A DNA stretch of 37,987 nucleotides from a virus (lineage: Duplodnaviria; Caudoviricetes), in IMG/VR virus record IMGVR_UViG_3300049016_000030, positions 1 to 37,987 of that record. One strand, written 5' to 3'. The notes under the pieces are model-generated. The model made no database searches, was not told the origin of the DNA, and worked only from the letters and a program-made list of their open reading frames with translations. Shown in pieces: positions 23,873 through 34,538 of the stretch; within the stretch, counting starts at the first letter, position 1, and each line of letters starts with the position of its first letter. Both the position numbers and the translations under genes were made by a program.

Positions 23873-26535
23873 AAACTCGCCTCCACAAACCGAAATGATA
23901 AATCGATCGCACAGGTGTCATACCCCTCGTGATTGATTGCCGAGTCGAACCATCCGACCTTGCGAATGTCGCGCACTTTATCCTCCAAAATAAACAGCTT
24001 GCCGTACCCTTGCGCGTCCCAGAAGGCGTCAACCGCGTCAGATTCAGCTAAGGTCCGCTGGGTGAATTTGATTTCGTAATCATCAAAAATGCCGCTTTTC
24101 TCGCGGACAATTCGAGATTTGCGGTCTTCCGACATGCTGATCAGAGACGTTCTGTTCCGCGTCCATGTCAGCGGTAGGGTTGGATCATTCAAGGGAAAGA
24201 TCGGCAACACCAATACGTCGCGCGTTACACTAAAAACCCCATTACTTGCCGTAATCTTCGCCGTCTGGCCAACACTTGCCGGCGCTGTCCAATTCCCCGT
24301 CGCGCTATTGATGCTCCCCGCGTTCGCGGTCCAGACTAGCGGATTCGGTTTCAGGGCCGTGCTAATTCTTCCCTGCACGCTCGCATTCGCCAGCGTCGCC
24401 GTCGTGGCCGCGTAGGCCCCCGCGACCGCCTTTTCGCCGGTCACCACGGCAAATCCCCCGCCGTTCCCTTGGGTTGTCGCAACGTCGGTTCGCTCGGTCA
24501 GGTTGGTCAAATCCGCGTTTACATACCCGCTCACCTGCGGAGTCGCCGTATCCGTCTGGTGCGCCACCGCCGCCTCAATCAAGCAATTAGGCGCGGTTGT
24601 CGTATCACCGGGGATACTGACAGCCGTACTACTCGCCCCCGTATTCCCCGCCGTCACGTCCCACGGGTTGCCGGTGCCGATACAGTCGCGATACGCAAAA
24701 ATCTGCGCAATAACATGTTCGCCAGGGTCCGCTACGGTCGGCGCGCTCACAGTCCCGCTCTCCGGGACGCGGAGCCAAAATATACTCAGCCGAGTTGATG
24801 TTGCGCCCGCTGCCGTGCCGGTGCCTTGTGGTGAATCGGCAGACACCGCCCAGCCGCCCGTTGGCGTGGCGACGGCTTCATTAGCCGACTCGACGAAGAG
24901 GCGCAGGATGTCCTTTGGCTGGATACCGGCTGGTAGCCCAGGGACGACAGCGCCGGTGCCCTCTGCGACCGCGCCAGCCGCGACAAAACTCGGCTTAAAT
25001 GGAATGCTCGTGCCCCAATCAATTGTCTCGCCCGGTCCGACAAAGGTGAAACTAGGGGTGATCACTGCGGAAATATTCAGCACCAGATCCGCAACCTGGT
25101 TCCCTGTCGCGGCCGTAGCGCGCACGATTGTGAGTCCGGCTATTGCTGGCGCCGTGAATTCGTTGCCGTTAAATGATCCGCCGCCGCTGAGGATTGACCA
25201 TGTTGGCGGCACGTCCGCCACGTCGTAGTTTGTTTGGAACCTGGTCACACTACCTGGTGACACATCTCTCACCAGATCCCCGGTAATCTGCAACGGCGGA
25301 ATCGTGATCACGGCCTCGGCAATTTGTAGATTCGGAATCTTGCCAACCTGATCGAAGCTACACACGCCGTCAAACAGCACGAAATCCATCCCGTTCAGTA
25401 CTAACCCCTGCAAATCAAGCAGGCTGACAGGAAACTCCAACCGCGTCCATTGTCCCAACGGCGGCAGGTCGCCAATTCGTCGTCGCTGCGGCGTTCCGTC
25501 GAGTCCGACATTTATCAAATTGGCGCCCCAGTAGGCGCGGAAGGGCAATGATGCCGGCGCGTCCCGCGTGGTCGCGAACTCAAGCATTATTTCCTGCGGC
25601 GGATTCGTTGTGTCGGGGAATACCCAGCAGTAGAGGCTATCCCCTGGATTGATTTGCAGCGTGGCGGTTGCGCCGTGGAAGCCGTGAAAGTGCGTGCCTG
25701 CGGCGTTACTGGACTTGTGGCGTAGCGTCCCGGTCTGCGGCGTCGGGCTCGTATTTCCAAACGTCCACGCGTCCCCGCCTCCGGTAATCTGCGTGCCGCC
25801 GGTCGGCACGGCGTCCTCCATCCATACGTCAACGCCGGGGTCGATTTGTCCAACGAGCGCATAAATCCCCGGCGTGTCGCCGTCGGAATAGACGGTCGCT
25901 AGCGCTGGGCCGTTCGTCGAAAGCGAGCCTTCGTCGGGAGTAGTGAACGTGACGACGGATCTCAACTGCCAATCGCCGGAGAGTAGGGGCGCTGGGATCG
26001 TGGCGGGATCGACCGATACAGGCAGCGTGAGACGTGCTTTATACGTTGCTGGATACGTGACGGCGGACGCGAAGGTTGTAATAGAGTGTTGCAAGACATC
26101 GTTGATAAACAATCTAAAAGCATTCCCAACCTCGATCTTAAACCTGTCCCCTACCGCCTGCGTGCGGTTGAGGGTGGTAAGCAAGGTGCCGGCTTGGTCG
26201 CGGATTTCGATCGTGGCGGCCTTGATTATCACGCGATACTCCCATGGCACTGTGGCGCTAAGAATCGCCGTCCATTGAAGAGATCCCGTACTTGTCGGCA
26301 AGCAGAGGCTGGTTAATGCGAATTCAATTGACCCAATCCCGCCAACGAGTTGATGCGCCCCACTCCCCTCGACGAATGGCTGCGCGCCCCAGCTCAGCCG
26401 CAAGCTATAATCAGATTGAACCAACCCGTCTGTAATATCAGCCCACATAGGCGGCGGCGGCGTGGCGCGGGCGGTGAAGGATTGCTCGTCGCCGGGAAAG
26501 AGGGTTACAGCTTTAGGGAAGAGTTCGAGGTTCAT
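23869..26535 (-). CDS. Multi-domain tail protein (Ig-like/beta-sandwich domains; distal-tail-like C-terminus)
   Basis: 888 aa, Thr/Gly/Ala-rich, located in the tail module. Confidence 0.75.
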   Translation of the reverse strand: MNLELFPKAVTLFPGDEQSFTARATPPPPMWADITDGLVQSDYSLRLSWGAQPFVEGSGAHQLVGGIGSIEFALTSLCLPTSTGSLQWTAILSATVPWEYRVIIKAATIEIRDQAGTLLTTLNRTQAVGDRFKIEVGNAFRLFINDVLQHSITTFASAVTYPATYKARLTLPVSVDPATIPAPLLSGDWQLRSVVTFTTPDEGSLSTNGPALATVYSDGDTPGIYALVGQIDPGVDVWMEDAVPTGGTQITGGGDAWTFGNTSPTPQTGTLRHKSSNAAGTHFHGFHGATATLQINPGDSLYCWVFPDTTNPPQEIMLEFATTRDAPASLPFRAYWGANLINVGLDGTPQRRRIGDLPPLGQWTRLEFPVSLLDLQGLVLNGMDFVLFDGVCSFDQVGKIPNLQIAEAVITIPPLQITGDLVRDVSPGSVTRFQTNYDVADVPPTWSILSGGGSFNGNEFTAPAIAGLTIVRATAATGNQVADLVLNISAVITPSFTFVGPGETIDWGTSIPFKPSFVAAGAVAEGTGAVVPGLPAGIQPKDILRLFVESANEAVATPTGGWAVSADSPQGTGTAAGATSTRLSIFWLRVPESGTVSAPTVADPGEHVIAQIFAYRDCIGTGNPWDVTAGNTGASSTAVSIPGDTTTAPNCLIEAAVAHQTDTATPQVSGYVNADLTNLTERTDVATTQGNGGGFAVVTGEKAVAGAYAATTATLANASVQGRISTALKPNPLVWTANAGSINSATGNWTAPASVGQTAKITASNGVFSVTRDVLVLPIFPLNDPTLPLTWTRNRTSLISMSEDRKSRIVREKSGIFDDYEIKFTQRTLAESDAVDAFWDAQGYGKLFILEDKVRDIRKVGWFDSAINHEGYDTCAIDLSFRFVEASL

Positions 26536-28527
26536 TTAGGGTAGTACCAACGCCTCCTGTACGGGCGTGTGCGCAGTGTCGGAATAAAGATCGCCGGAGA
26601 TTTGCTGCAATGTGAATTCCACTTCATCCGCGGATGTCTCGGCGCCTTGCACTGTGATATCGACAACAAGGCAGAGTTGGTGGTCCCATCGTGGTAGCGA
26701 ATGGCTCACCGTCACGAAATCGCCGGGAATTACATGGATGGATGTCGCATCGCCGACCAGCGTCGCAAAGACGGAACTGTCGTGCTCGATTCGCGCCTGG
26801 CGCTCTAATAGCCGCTGAGCCTGACTCTGCCGCATGTTGGCGAAACCGCGCTGGCTGCGAACTTCGCCTAATCGACGGATTGAGTCTTCGCGTTTCACAG
26901 AGGTTGACACCTCGCCTAAAAACTCATCATCGAATTCTCTATATCTGGCAACAAAGAAATTCGGTGTTTGTCTTAAATCCTGCGGACTTACCTGCGGCGC
27001 GCGCGTGATGTTGGATTCGTTGAAATGGTGGACGGGAAGCTGATCCCCTGGCGGAACGAATAGCAACTGCTCCCCGTCGTCCTGCCAAAAGGTTGCCGAG
27101 AGACCGCAGATTTGATCCAACGCGTCAGCTAGCAGCAAATCTCCTGTAAACGCAATGTGAGCCTCAAAGCGTGGGATGAAAATATTCTCGCTGCCGTCCT
27201 TGTTCCATGGGATCAGCGCGCCGCAAAAATCTCTCCACCTTACCCAGCTCGGCCAGTCAATTCGCGCACGGAACTTTTGCTGAGCGAGATCGAGATCGTT
27301 TCTGAAGGTACGCTGGAAGAAGTTTAGGATTCGGTCGGCGGCCACACGCGCGGGGTTGGTGGAATAACCATAGCCAATCTGCTCTCCGGTCGCGTCGTAA
27401 TCGAAGGTTCGGCGAGTTTTGAATCTGCCGCGAAACTTATCGGGGCGGTCTTCAGCCGATTGATCCGTGTCGAGGCGGACAAAGATAATCGGCGTTCCTG
27501 AACCCGCTACGCCTATCGGCAAACTATCGGTCTCCCCTTGCTGTACATCCGCGAACGCTGAGGCAATCTGGCCACGGTGGAAATGGTAGCCGGGACTCAA
27601 GCTCCCCCTTACCTGGCTAACCTGATCAAACGCGGCGCCGCCGTCGAAGCAGTGAAACGCCATCCCGTTGATGGTAGCGCCTTCTAGTCCTAAATCACTG
27701 GCCGCGAAGCCGAGCCGCTGCCACGATCCGGTAGCAGGCAGCGAGGCGCTAATCTGGCGGCGCGAATCGGTTCCGTTAGTGCCGAGGTTGATCAAATTCG
27801 CGCCCCAATAGGCCCGGTGCTCCCAGGATGCGCCGACGCGGAACTCAAGTAAAACCTCCTGTGGCGGGCTGGCCGGATCGAGAAATACCCAGCAGAAAAT
27901 CGAGTCGCCCGGCGCTACGATTAGCGTTGTAGTGGCGTCTTGAAAGAAGTGTTGATGGTCGCCGGTTTTTACGGCCGATTGGTGAGAGTATTTACCGAAA
28001 AACGGCTTGGGATGATCGGAAACCCAGTTCCATCCGTCCTGGCCGGGATCGGCAACCGCCCCGGCGGGTAGCGCGTCTTCCACCCAGACGAAGACCTCAA
28101 AGCGGCGGGTAAGTTCTTCGCCTGCATGGTACGCCTTGACCACATCGTCCCACTCGCCATGCCCGCCTAGTCCACCATGTCCTTCCCCCAACGCCACCGT
28201 GTAATTATTCTCCGGCGTTACTGAATCATATTTGTGGGAGACAAGATTCCCTGCCACCAGGTGCTCCCCATAGGCGACAACCAGCGCTCCGCCCTCTTCA
28301 GTCTCGAACTGCTCGGCTAATTGATCAACTTGTTGCGGGCTGAGTCCGCCGCTAACCTCCTGTACGTTGATGACCGGCGTAGGCACGGGCGCGGGGGCGG
28401 GGTCCGTGGTGGTCTGCCCTGCCCCGCTCCCAGGATCTCTGCCGCCGATGGGCCCGCGATCAATCGGACCATTCACGTCTTCCCTTCGCACGTAGCACGG
28501 GCCGAATTTTATATAGCGTTTGAGCAT
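26536..28527 (-). CDS. Tail tip / baseplate hub-like protein
   Basis: VAYGEHLVAG, YSTNPA, SQAQRL...PGDFVTVSH typical of phage tail-tip proteins. Confidence 0.75.
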   Translation of the reverse strand: MLKRYIKFGPCYVRREDVNGPIDRGPIGGRDPGSGAGQTTTDPAPAPVPTPVINVQEVSGGLSPQQVDQLAEQFETEEGGALVVAYGEHLVAGNLVSHKYDSVTPENNYTVALGEGHGGLGGHGEWDDVVKAYHAGEELTRRFEVFVWVEDALPAGAVADPGQDGWNWVSDHPKPFFGKYSHQSAVKTGDHQHFFQDATTTLIVAPGDSIFCWVFLDPASPPQEVLLEFRVGASWEHRAYWGANLINLGTNGTDSRRQISASLPATGSWQRLGFAASDLGLEGATINGMAFHCFDGGAAFDQVSQVRGSLSPGYHFHRGQIASAFADVQQGETDSLPIGVAGSGTPIIFVRLDTDQSAEDRPDKFRGRFKTRRTFDYDATGEQIGYGYSTNPARVAADRILNFFQRTFRNDLDLAQQKFRARIDWPSWVRWRDFCGALIPWNKDGSENIFIPRFEAHIAFTGDLLLADALDQICGLSATFWQDDGEQLLFVPPGDQLPVHHFNESNITRAPQVSPQDLRQTPNFFVARYREFDDEFLGEVSTSVKREDSIRRLGEVRSQRGFANMRQSQAQRLLERQARIEHDSSVFATLVGDATSIHVIPGDFVTVSHSLPRWDHQLCLVVDITVQGAETSADEVEFTLQQISGDLYSDTAHTPVQEALVLP

Positions 28528-29177
28528 CAGATAATCTTGAATTTCACGGCGTTATCGAGGTATGGGAAGCCTCCGAACTTGGCGAACTTCAACGGGTCGC
28601 CGTGTCTCCCTTCACAACCGCCCGCGTCGTTGAGGAGGCCATTGCAGACTGACTCTGGTCCGACATATCCGCACTCCGGCCCTTTAAAAGCCCCGTGTAT
28701 CGCCCACTGACAGATTCGCGTTACTGTGCGATTCGGACCGACTGAAACCCCCGAATAACAATCCGCTACAACCGTCAACCTGACGGCGGTTTCTCCAATC
28801 TCCAGGCCCGTTACAACGCCGGTTAATAAAACCTTGTGAAACTCGGCTCCGGAATCACCATCTCTCCAATACCTCCCCACCTTCGCCTCGGCGCCGAAGA
28901 TGAACTGTCGAATGGCGAGAAGCTCGACGCCAAGATTTGTATCGACATTCTGCAAGTCCAAACTAGCCTGATTCGCGGCGCGCTGAATTGATGATCGGAT
29001 TTCGCTGATTCGGCGTAGGGATGGTTGCCAGACGACGCCGTTGAATTGAAGCGCGGCCGTCGCGAAGTAGTAGCTGCGGCTCGTCGCGCCCGTCACCACA
29101 AACAACTGCAGCGTGCTATGCGACTCGATGTTTCTCTGCAGGGCCTCCATCAGCCCCGCTGGCATTTTGCGTGGCAT
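28527..29177 (-). CDS. Minor tail protein, gpL-like
   Basis: C-terminal CQW...FKGPECGY...C...C...FGGFP Cys motif. Confidence 0.75.
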   Translation of the reverse strand: MPRKMPAGLMEALQRNIESHSTLQLFVVTGATSRSYYFATAALQFNGVVWQPSLRRISEIRSSIQRAANQASLDLQNVDTNLGVELLAIRQFIFGAEAKVGRYWRDGDSGAEFHKVLLTGVVTGLEIGETAVRLTVVADCYSGVSVGPNRTVTRICQWAIHGAFKGPECGYVGPESVCNGLLNDAGGCEGRHGDPLKFAKFGGFPYLDNAVKFKII

Positions 29178-29245
29178 CTACAGTTCCCTCTCTTGATCTT
29201 TAAGCGCCCAGAGCACTACGCGCCGTATTAGTTTTCGTAGCATCT

Positions 29246-32200
29246 TTAGAACTCCCGATTCAATCTTGCCTGATTGATTTGGTTGATAATTACGCGTTGA
29301 CCGCTCTTCGTGCTCATTCCCTTAATGGCTATCCCTTCGGAATCCACAACCGCCTCAATGGTCAGTTGCTCGATCACGACCTGTTGGCCGGCGGCTCCAC
29401 CATTCGACGGCGCATAGCCGCCATCCGCATATCTGCCCGTGGTATTGATGGCCGGCACGCCCGCAGCCCTGAACACGTCCGCTCCGGCGCGCGCCATAAC
29501 GGATGCCTGCTGACTGCGGTTCAGCACTAATTCGCCAGGCCTTAACAACGCCTTTACGGAATCGAATCCCCGATCAATCCCGCCAACGTAGCCACCTGTC
29601 GCAAACTCTGGAATCAGCTTCGAGTACGTCAACGCGTTCGCGTCCTGTCTCCGCTGCTGCGCCAGGGCGTCGGTTGCCTTCTGTTGTTGCTCCGCGATAG
29701 CCGGCACGACGCGAGCCTCATACACCTTTCGCAAATCGGCCACTTGGTTGGTTAAGCGGGATTTCCTTACACTCTCAGTCTTCAATCCGTTGATCTGCTG
29801 GATGAAGGTTCCTAGAATCTGGTTTTCGAATATTGACCTCGCCTGATTGCCGTCTATCTGGCCGGACTGTACGCCTGCAATCAGCTGATCGAGAGCCTGC
29901 AGCGCCTGGGTTAAATATTGGCCTGCGGCCTCTTCGTCTTTCTTTCGCTGCGCGGACTTGCCAAGCAATACAGAACCGACCAATAACGCGGCGCCGATTC
30001 CAATTGTGAATGGATTTGTGAAGAACGCGGTCGCTGCTGGCCCGAGCCCCCCGGCAAAGCCCGCCACAGCCCCACCGGCAAGCAATCCGCCGCCACTACC
30101 GAGTATCTGCCCGGTTATACTTTGCCCGCCGAGAGATTGGCCCGCTGATAAGCCAATGAGTGGAGCGGCGCTGGCGATTGATTTACCAATACCCGATAAG
30201 AAGCTTGGCTTCGCTGCAGCGGTGGACAGCACCCCACCGCCCAGACCGGCGATTGCGTTGGGGTTAGTAATGTTCCCCCTGAAGATCGGAAGACTGCCGG
30301 CTGTAACCGACGCTGGAACGTCGATACCAAAGCCCGTGCCGAAGCCGACCCCGGCTAACCCCTGCCCACCGGCAAAGCTCGGCGTGCGGAAGAGGTTGTT
30401 GAGAACGCCGCCGGAACCTCCACCACCTCCGAACAACGCGGCTAATGGGGCGAGCGCCTGGCCGACGATGTTTTGTAATGAGCGCCCGAGTAAATCGTTG
30501 AAGAGTTGAAGAAGGCTCTGTTTAAGCCCGTCGAGGAGGTTCTTTGTATTCGTCAACGCGCCGGCGACGTTCTGACCGAATCGGTCAAAGGCGTCGCCGA
30601 CGGAGATGATTGAGCTATTGAAGCCGCGCATGAAGCGCTCGGATGCGCTGATGGTGGTTCCGAGACGATCGTAAAGATTGATTTCGTCTGCCAGGTCGTC
30701 AATACGAGATTGTGAAATCTCCCCTCTCTGTTGCTCCAGCGCCAGTATCTCGCGAAGTTGACTGGCGTATTGACGGTTGGCCTGTTGCCCAAGCGCGTCG
30801 GCTTGGTCGGATGTAAGTTGCCCACGGTTGACAGCGTCCCCAATAAACTGTCCAGAGCGGTTGAGGTCACGGCGGCTCGTGCGCTGAAGTTCGCTAATAA
30901 CAGCCTGCCGCGCCCTATCTTGCTCCTCGCGCGCCTTATCTTGCTGCTGGATCGCCTGGATGACTCCCTGCCTGATGTTGTTGGTGATCGTCGAGGATTG
31001 CTTTATAAGCGCGGCAGGGTCGGCGATGCCTTCATATTGAGATGTGACGAGATCGTCAGCGGAAGGCGCATAGCGCGCATAAAGATCATTGCGGCCCCGG
31101 CGCGCGGCCCTTGCGGCTGTGTCCCTATTGTCACGCCTATTATTATTGCCGCCAGCCACAGCTTCGGACGGGTTCACAGTTCGACCTGATATCGGATCGA
31201 AGTAAGGCCCTGTAGGCTTATTGGCCGTAGTCAGGCCCATGCGTTCAACTGCGCGCGAGGCTGCGGCCTCACGGTTAAGCTGTTCGAAGCGCTCCCTGAC
31301 CGCGCGCTCCCGTGGCCCCCTGAAAGCGGACTCGGCGTCCCCGCCACCGGCGCCCGCGACTACGCCCCTGGTTATCGAGTTCTGTAAATAATAGGGGTCG
31401 CTGATGATGTCCTGAACTACGGCTGCGCCTGTGGCAAGAAACTCGAATACTCCGCTTTTCGCCCCCACCTCAACAAGCTTACCTATTAGCTTGCCGATCT
31501 CGACCGTCATTGCTGTGATCTCTTTCGCCGTGGCGATGATGTCATTGCGATTCTCTTTGAAGACCCGCGCTGCCGAGTCGCCGTATTCCTCAATCTTCTT
31601 TACGGCGTCATCGAAGACAGGTAGCAAGATTTTCGTCAATTCAGCGCCGAGCGGTTCAAGCGCAACGACGACGCGGTCTTTTAGTTTTTCGAACTGAGCC
31701 CCAATGCTATCCGCCACCTGCGGGAAGCGCTGATTGATCGCATCGATAATTCCGGCATAGTAGGTTTCAGCGGTCAGCTTACCGGCGTCTTTTAGCTTCT
31801 TCAGCTTTGCCGGATCTTTCGTGCCGAAAGCCTGCTCAAGCAATTGCTCAAAAATCGGCACTTGCCCCAGCGCTTCTTTTATATCGCCACGTTCAAAGCC
31901 CTGATCGAATATCTGCTGAATATTACGCGCGAAGCCCGTCGGGTTCTCAAGTCCGAAGACGGCATTAAGCTTCCCGACCGATTGAATGACCTTGTTAATG
32001 GTCGAATCAGTGATCGTGCCGATAGCCGCAAGCTGCTGATAGAGCTGTGTGGCAAATGAAGTCGTCACGCCCGGCGACGAAGCCGCAAGTCGTCGCAGCT
32101 CGGCGATCTTCTTGTTCGCCGCGTCCACACTGCCAGTGAGAGCCGTAATCGCCTGCCGAGTCTTATCAATGCTGACCGCTGACTGAACAGCCGCTTCAGC

Positions 32201-32425
32201 GATTTGCTTGAATATATACGCGCCACCAAGCGCACCGCCAATCGCCAGGAATGCCGTCTTCAATCCGCCGAGCGCCGAGCGCATCGAGCCAAAACTACTG
32301 GTCGCGGAATCAATTGCCGATTTGAGTTCGCGCACCTGCGCGGAACCAGAATCCAGCGCGCTCTTTACGTCGCGCTTGAAACCTGTAGTATCGGCTTTGA
32401 TTTCGATCGTGATTCCGGTTGCCAT
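29246..32425 (-). CDS. Tail tape measure protein
   Basis: 1059 aa, helical Ala/Gly-rich; IEIKADT N-terminus; FATGGYV...LRPGELVL C-terminal motif. Confidence 0.9.
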   Translation of the reverse strand: MATGITIEIKADTTGFKRDVKSALDSGSAQVRELKSAIDSATSSFGSMRSALGGLKTAFLAIGGALGGAYIFKQIAEAAVQSAVSIDKTRQAITALTGSVDAANKKIAELRRLAASSPGVTTSFATQLYQQLAAIGTITDSTINKVIQSVGKLNAVFGLENPTGFARNIQQIFDQGFERGDIKEALGQVPIFEQLLEQAFGTKDPAKLKKLKDAGKLTAETYYAGIIDAINQRFPQVADSIGAQFEKLKDRVVVALEPLGAELTKILLPVFDDAVKKIEEYGDSAARVFKENRNDIIATAKEITAMTVEIGKLIGKLVEVGAKSGVFEFLATGAAVVQDIISDPYYLQNSITRGVVAGAGGGDAESAFRGPRERAVRERFEQLNREAAASRAVERMGLTTANKPTGPYFDPISGRTVNPSEAVAGGNNNRRDNRDTAARAARRGRNDLYARYAPSADDLVTSQYEGIADPAALIKQSSTITNNIRQGVIQAIQQQDKAREEQDRARQAVISELQRTSRRDLNRSGQFIGDAVNRGQLTSDQADALGQQANRQYASQLREILALEQQRGEISQSRIDDLADEINLYDRLGTTISASERFMRGFNSSIISVGDAFDRFGQNVAGALTNTKNLLDGLKQSLLQLFNDLLGRSLQNIVGQALAPLAALFGGGGGSGGVLNNLFRTPSFAGGQGLAGVGFGTGFGIDVPASVTAGSLPIFRGNITNPNAIAGLGGGVLSTAAAKPSFLSGIGKSIASAAPLIGLSAGQSLGGQSITGQILGSGGGLLAGGAVAGFAGGLGPAATAFFTNPFTIGIGAALLVGSVLLGKSAQRKKDEEAAGQYLTQALQALDQLIAGVQSGQIDGNQARSIFENQILGTFIQQINGLKTESVRKSRLTNQVADLRKVYEARVVPAIAEQQQKATDALAQQRRQDANALTYSKLIPEFATGGYVGGIDRGFDSVKALLRPGELVLNRSQQASVMARAGADVFRAAGVPAINTTGRYADGGYAPSNGGAAGQQVVIEQLTIEAVVDSEGIAIKGMSTKSGQRVIINQINQARLNREF

Positions 32426-32527
32426 GATGGGAGTATGCAGTGACGGTTAGGTTTATTTTTCCGAGCAGTTGGCGCAGAATCTCGCCCGAATGCCTCTTAA
32501 CCCGTAGACATCAAGGAGCGTAAAGCA

Positions 32528-32683
32528 ATGGGACTTATATTCAGACTGCTCATCCTGCTCGTCATTGTTGGCGTAATCGCTGCCGTCGTCGGATCTGTTC
32601 TGGGAGTCGTGTGGCTATCTAGAAAACTTCTGGAAAAGAAAAGGGCGAAACATCAATTACCGCCCATGACTGAGTTGCGCTAA
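32528..32683 (+). CDS. 51-aa membrane peptide, moron-like, opposite to the tail genes
   Basis: Not in the track; AAGGAG RBS; MGLIFRLLILLVIVGVIAAVVGSVLGVVWLSRKLLEKKR. Confidence 0.55.
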   Translation: MGLIFRLLILLVIVGVIAAVVGSVLGVVWLSRKLLEKKRAKHQLPPMTELR

Positions 32684-32959
32684 GTGAGCCGCCGTAGCTT
32701 GTCGCTGCGCCTGGGTCTGTTGCGAGGCTGGCTCGTTCTTTTGCGGATTAGGGTCCTTTGCTTGATACCGCCGTCGGGCATTCGTCAGCGCCTCAAGGCC
32801 GCTCCATTGAAGCGGCGTTAGAGAGTCAGGATAGGCGAATGTCGCGCCGGCCTCTTTCAACACGTCCAGGCGTAACACGTCAGAGACCAGCGCGGAGAGA
32901 TGACCGGGGATAGGGTCGGGATCGGCAGTCTTGCTATCCCCCAGCAGCTTGAAGAACAA
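32657..32959 (-). CDS. Tail assembly chaperone, gpT-like part
   Basis: Position just before the tape measure gene; lies in the -1 frame of the upstream ORF. Confidence 0.5.
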   Translation of the reverse strand: MFFKLLGDSKTADPDPIPGHLSALVSDVLRLDVLKEAGATFAYPDSLTPLQWSGLEALTNARRRYQAKDPNPQKNEPASQQTQAQRQATAAHLAQLSHGR

Positions 32960-32976
32960 CTCCCCAAGCTGCTCCG

Positions 32977-33762
32977 TCAGTCCGACGATTGGCCTTCAAG
33001 CGTATCCACGAAGGTCTCTACAATCTTGCGCTTCCATATCGGATCGATCTGAGCAAGAAACGCCTTGCGAGTTTCAGGGGTAAATATCCGCCCCCCTACT
33101 GTCGCCCCATCAATCGAAAGCAATGTCGCATCGTAGAGATCGCAATACGACTGCAGGCTGGTATTAAACTTTCTGCGTGGCCGCTTCGCCCCGCGAACGT
33201 AGCTCATGCGGGCAGCCGTTCCCTTGAACTTCACCCATTCATTTTCGTTCGGCTCGCGCAGTAAGTGGCGGATAACAAAATCCGGCTCGCGCATTGCTCC
33301 GATTTCCTGACGGATAGTCCAAACCTCAGCGCCGATGGAGACCTCATCATCCTCGCCCGCTTCGACGACACACGACCCCATGTACATTTGATTGATGGCG
33401 CGCGACTTGTGGCCCGGTTTCATCTCATCTTTTTCCAAGTCTGACAATTCCCGCCAGTCGGCGGCGTCCTTGTACCCCTTCACGGCCACAATCAACTTCC
33501 GCCACAAATTGGCGTTCGCAACCGTCTCGTCCGTGCGGTCCTCATCCTCGCGGGCGCTGATGGAGACAAGCTCGTTCTTGATCTGAAGCTCGCGGTCCTT
33601 GAGTTGCTGAAGCGTGGGTTTTCGAAGTTTGTGATAAACGATCTTCGGGGTTTCAGCGTTCGGCCTGGCGTTGAAGCTGACGGCGATAAATTCAAGGTCG
33701 AACGGGTAAAGGGCCGGTGTTTCGGGCTGAGCTTCTACTATTGTTTCTACTGCTTCTGTCAT
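32977..33762 (-). CDS. Tail assembly chaperone, gpG-like
   Basis: Position; AAGGAGG RBS; internal twofold repeat (HKLRKPT / HLLREPN). Confidence 0.6.
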   Translation of the reverse strand: MTEAVETIVEAQPETPALYPFDLEFIAVSFNARPNAETPKIVYHKLRKPTLQQLKDRELQIKNELVSISAREDEDRTDETVANANLWRKLIVAVKGYKDAADWRELSDLEKDEMKPGHKSRAINQMYMGSCVVEAGEDDEVSIGAEVWTIRQEIGAMREPDFVIRHLLREPNENEWVKFKGTAARMSYVRGAKRPRRKFNTSLQSYCDLYDATLLSIDGATVGGRIFTPETRKAFLAQIDPIWKRKIVETFVDTLEGQSSD

Positions 33763-33871
33763 CTATGCCTCCTTGTAGGCGCCTTGATTGGTTAAATCGG
33801 CCCGCGGAGCGTCAAGGTGTCGCCCCTTGTCCTGAGAGTGATATCGAGCCTCAGTGAGCGAGCCGATGGTT

Positions 33872-34303
33872 TCAATAACTGGAAATGATCTTCCCTGGCG
33901 CTTCGAAGAGCTTTTCAATGCTCTCGCGATTGTTGTGGGCCTCACAGAGATGCCAGAGTTGAAGATCTAACTCGGCGAAGAGTTGAGTAAATTCGCCGCA
34001 GATTTTGCATTTGTGCATTGAGTTGGAACTTTTGCGGTTCAGGCTTAGTCGCCGATCAAGCAAATATTGCTTGTAGCACTCCGCTGCTTCTTCGGCTGTC
34101 GCATGACCGTCTGAATGGTACCTATCCTTATGCGGCAGGATTTTGGTTTCCCATTCCTGTTTCCAATGCGCGTTATGGGCATCATCATAGATTTCCAGCG
34201 GCTTCCACTCGCGCCAGCCGGCGCAATAACCAGTTGGATAAACATTCTTTGTGAAGTCCCAGCGCTGATCAGTTTTGCGTTGCAGCGGTTCGTAATAATT
34301 CAC
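33872..34303 (-). CDS. Hypothetical protein with Cys/His motifs
   Basis: 143 aa; CKICG...LCEAH. Confidence 0.65.
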   Translation of the reverse strand: MNYYEPLQRKTDQRWDFTKNVYPTGYCAGWREWKPLEIYDDAHNAHWKQEWETKILPHKDRYHSDGHATAEEAAECYKQYLLDRRLSLNRKSSNSMHKCKICGEFTQLFAELDLQLWHLCEAHNNRESIEKLFEAPGKIISSY

Positions 34304-34307
34304 GGTT

Positions 34308-34538
34308 TCACCATTTCTCTTTCGGACACTTCAGCGCCGGCATCAGCCGCTTCAATCTCAAATCCGCGAGCGACCATTCGGGACACTTGCAGGCTTTGCA
34401 GAATTCGTTCTGAAGCGTCACTTTTAGCTCCATGCAGGTCATGCAGGCGCGTGTTCTTTGACTGTATGTCGCCAGCGATACGGGCCCGTGGCGGATAAAA
34501 GAAAAGATCGCAGTGACAAAGGCTTTTAAAAACAGCAT
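34308..34538 (-). CDS. Small Cys-rich protein (DUF6171-like)
   Basis: R..ACMTC...CKACKC...K...KCPKEKW. Confidence 0.65.
   Translation of the reverse strand: MLFLKAFVTAIFSFIRHGPVSLATYSQRTRACMTCMELKVTLQNEFCKACKCPEWSLADLRLKRLMPALKCPKEKW

Noticed and set aside
24089-32450. Plus-strand ORFs within the tail module (e.g. 24503..25228, 29958..30509)
   Set aside because: Antisense shadows of long GC-rich tail genes.
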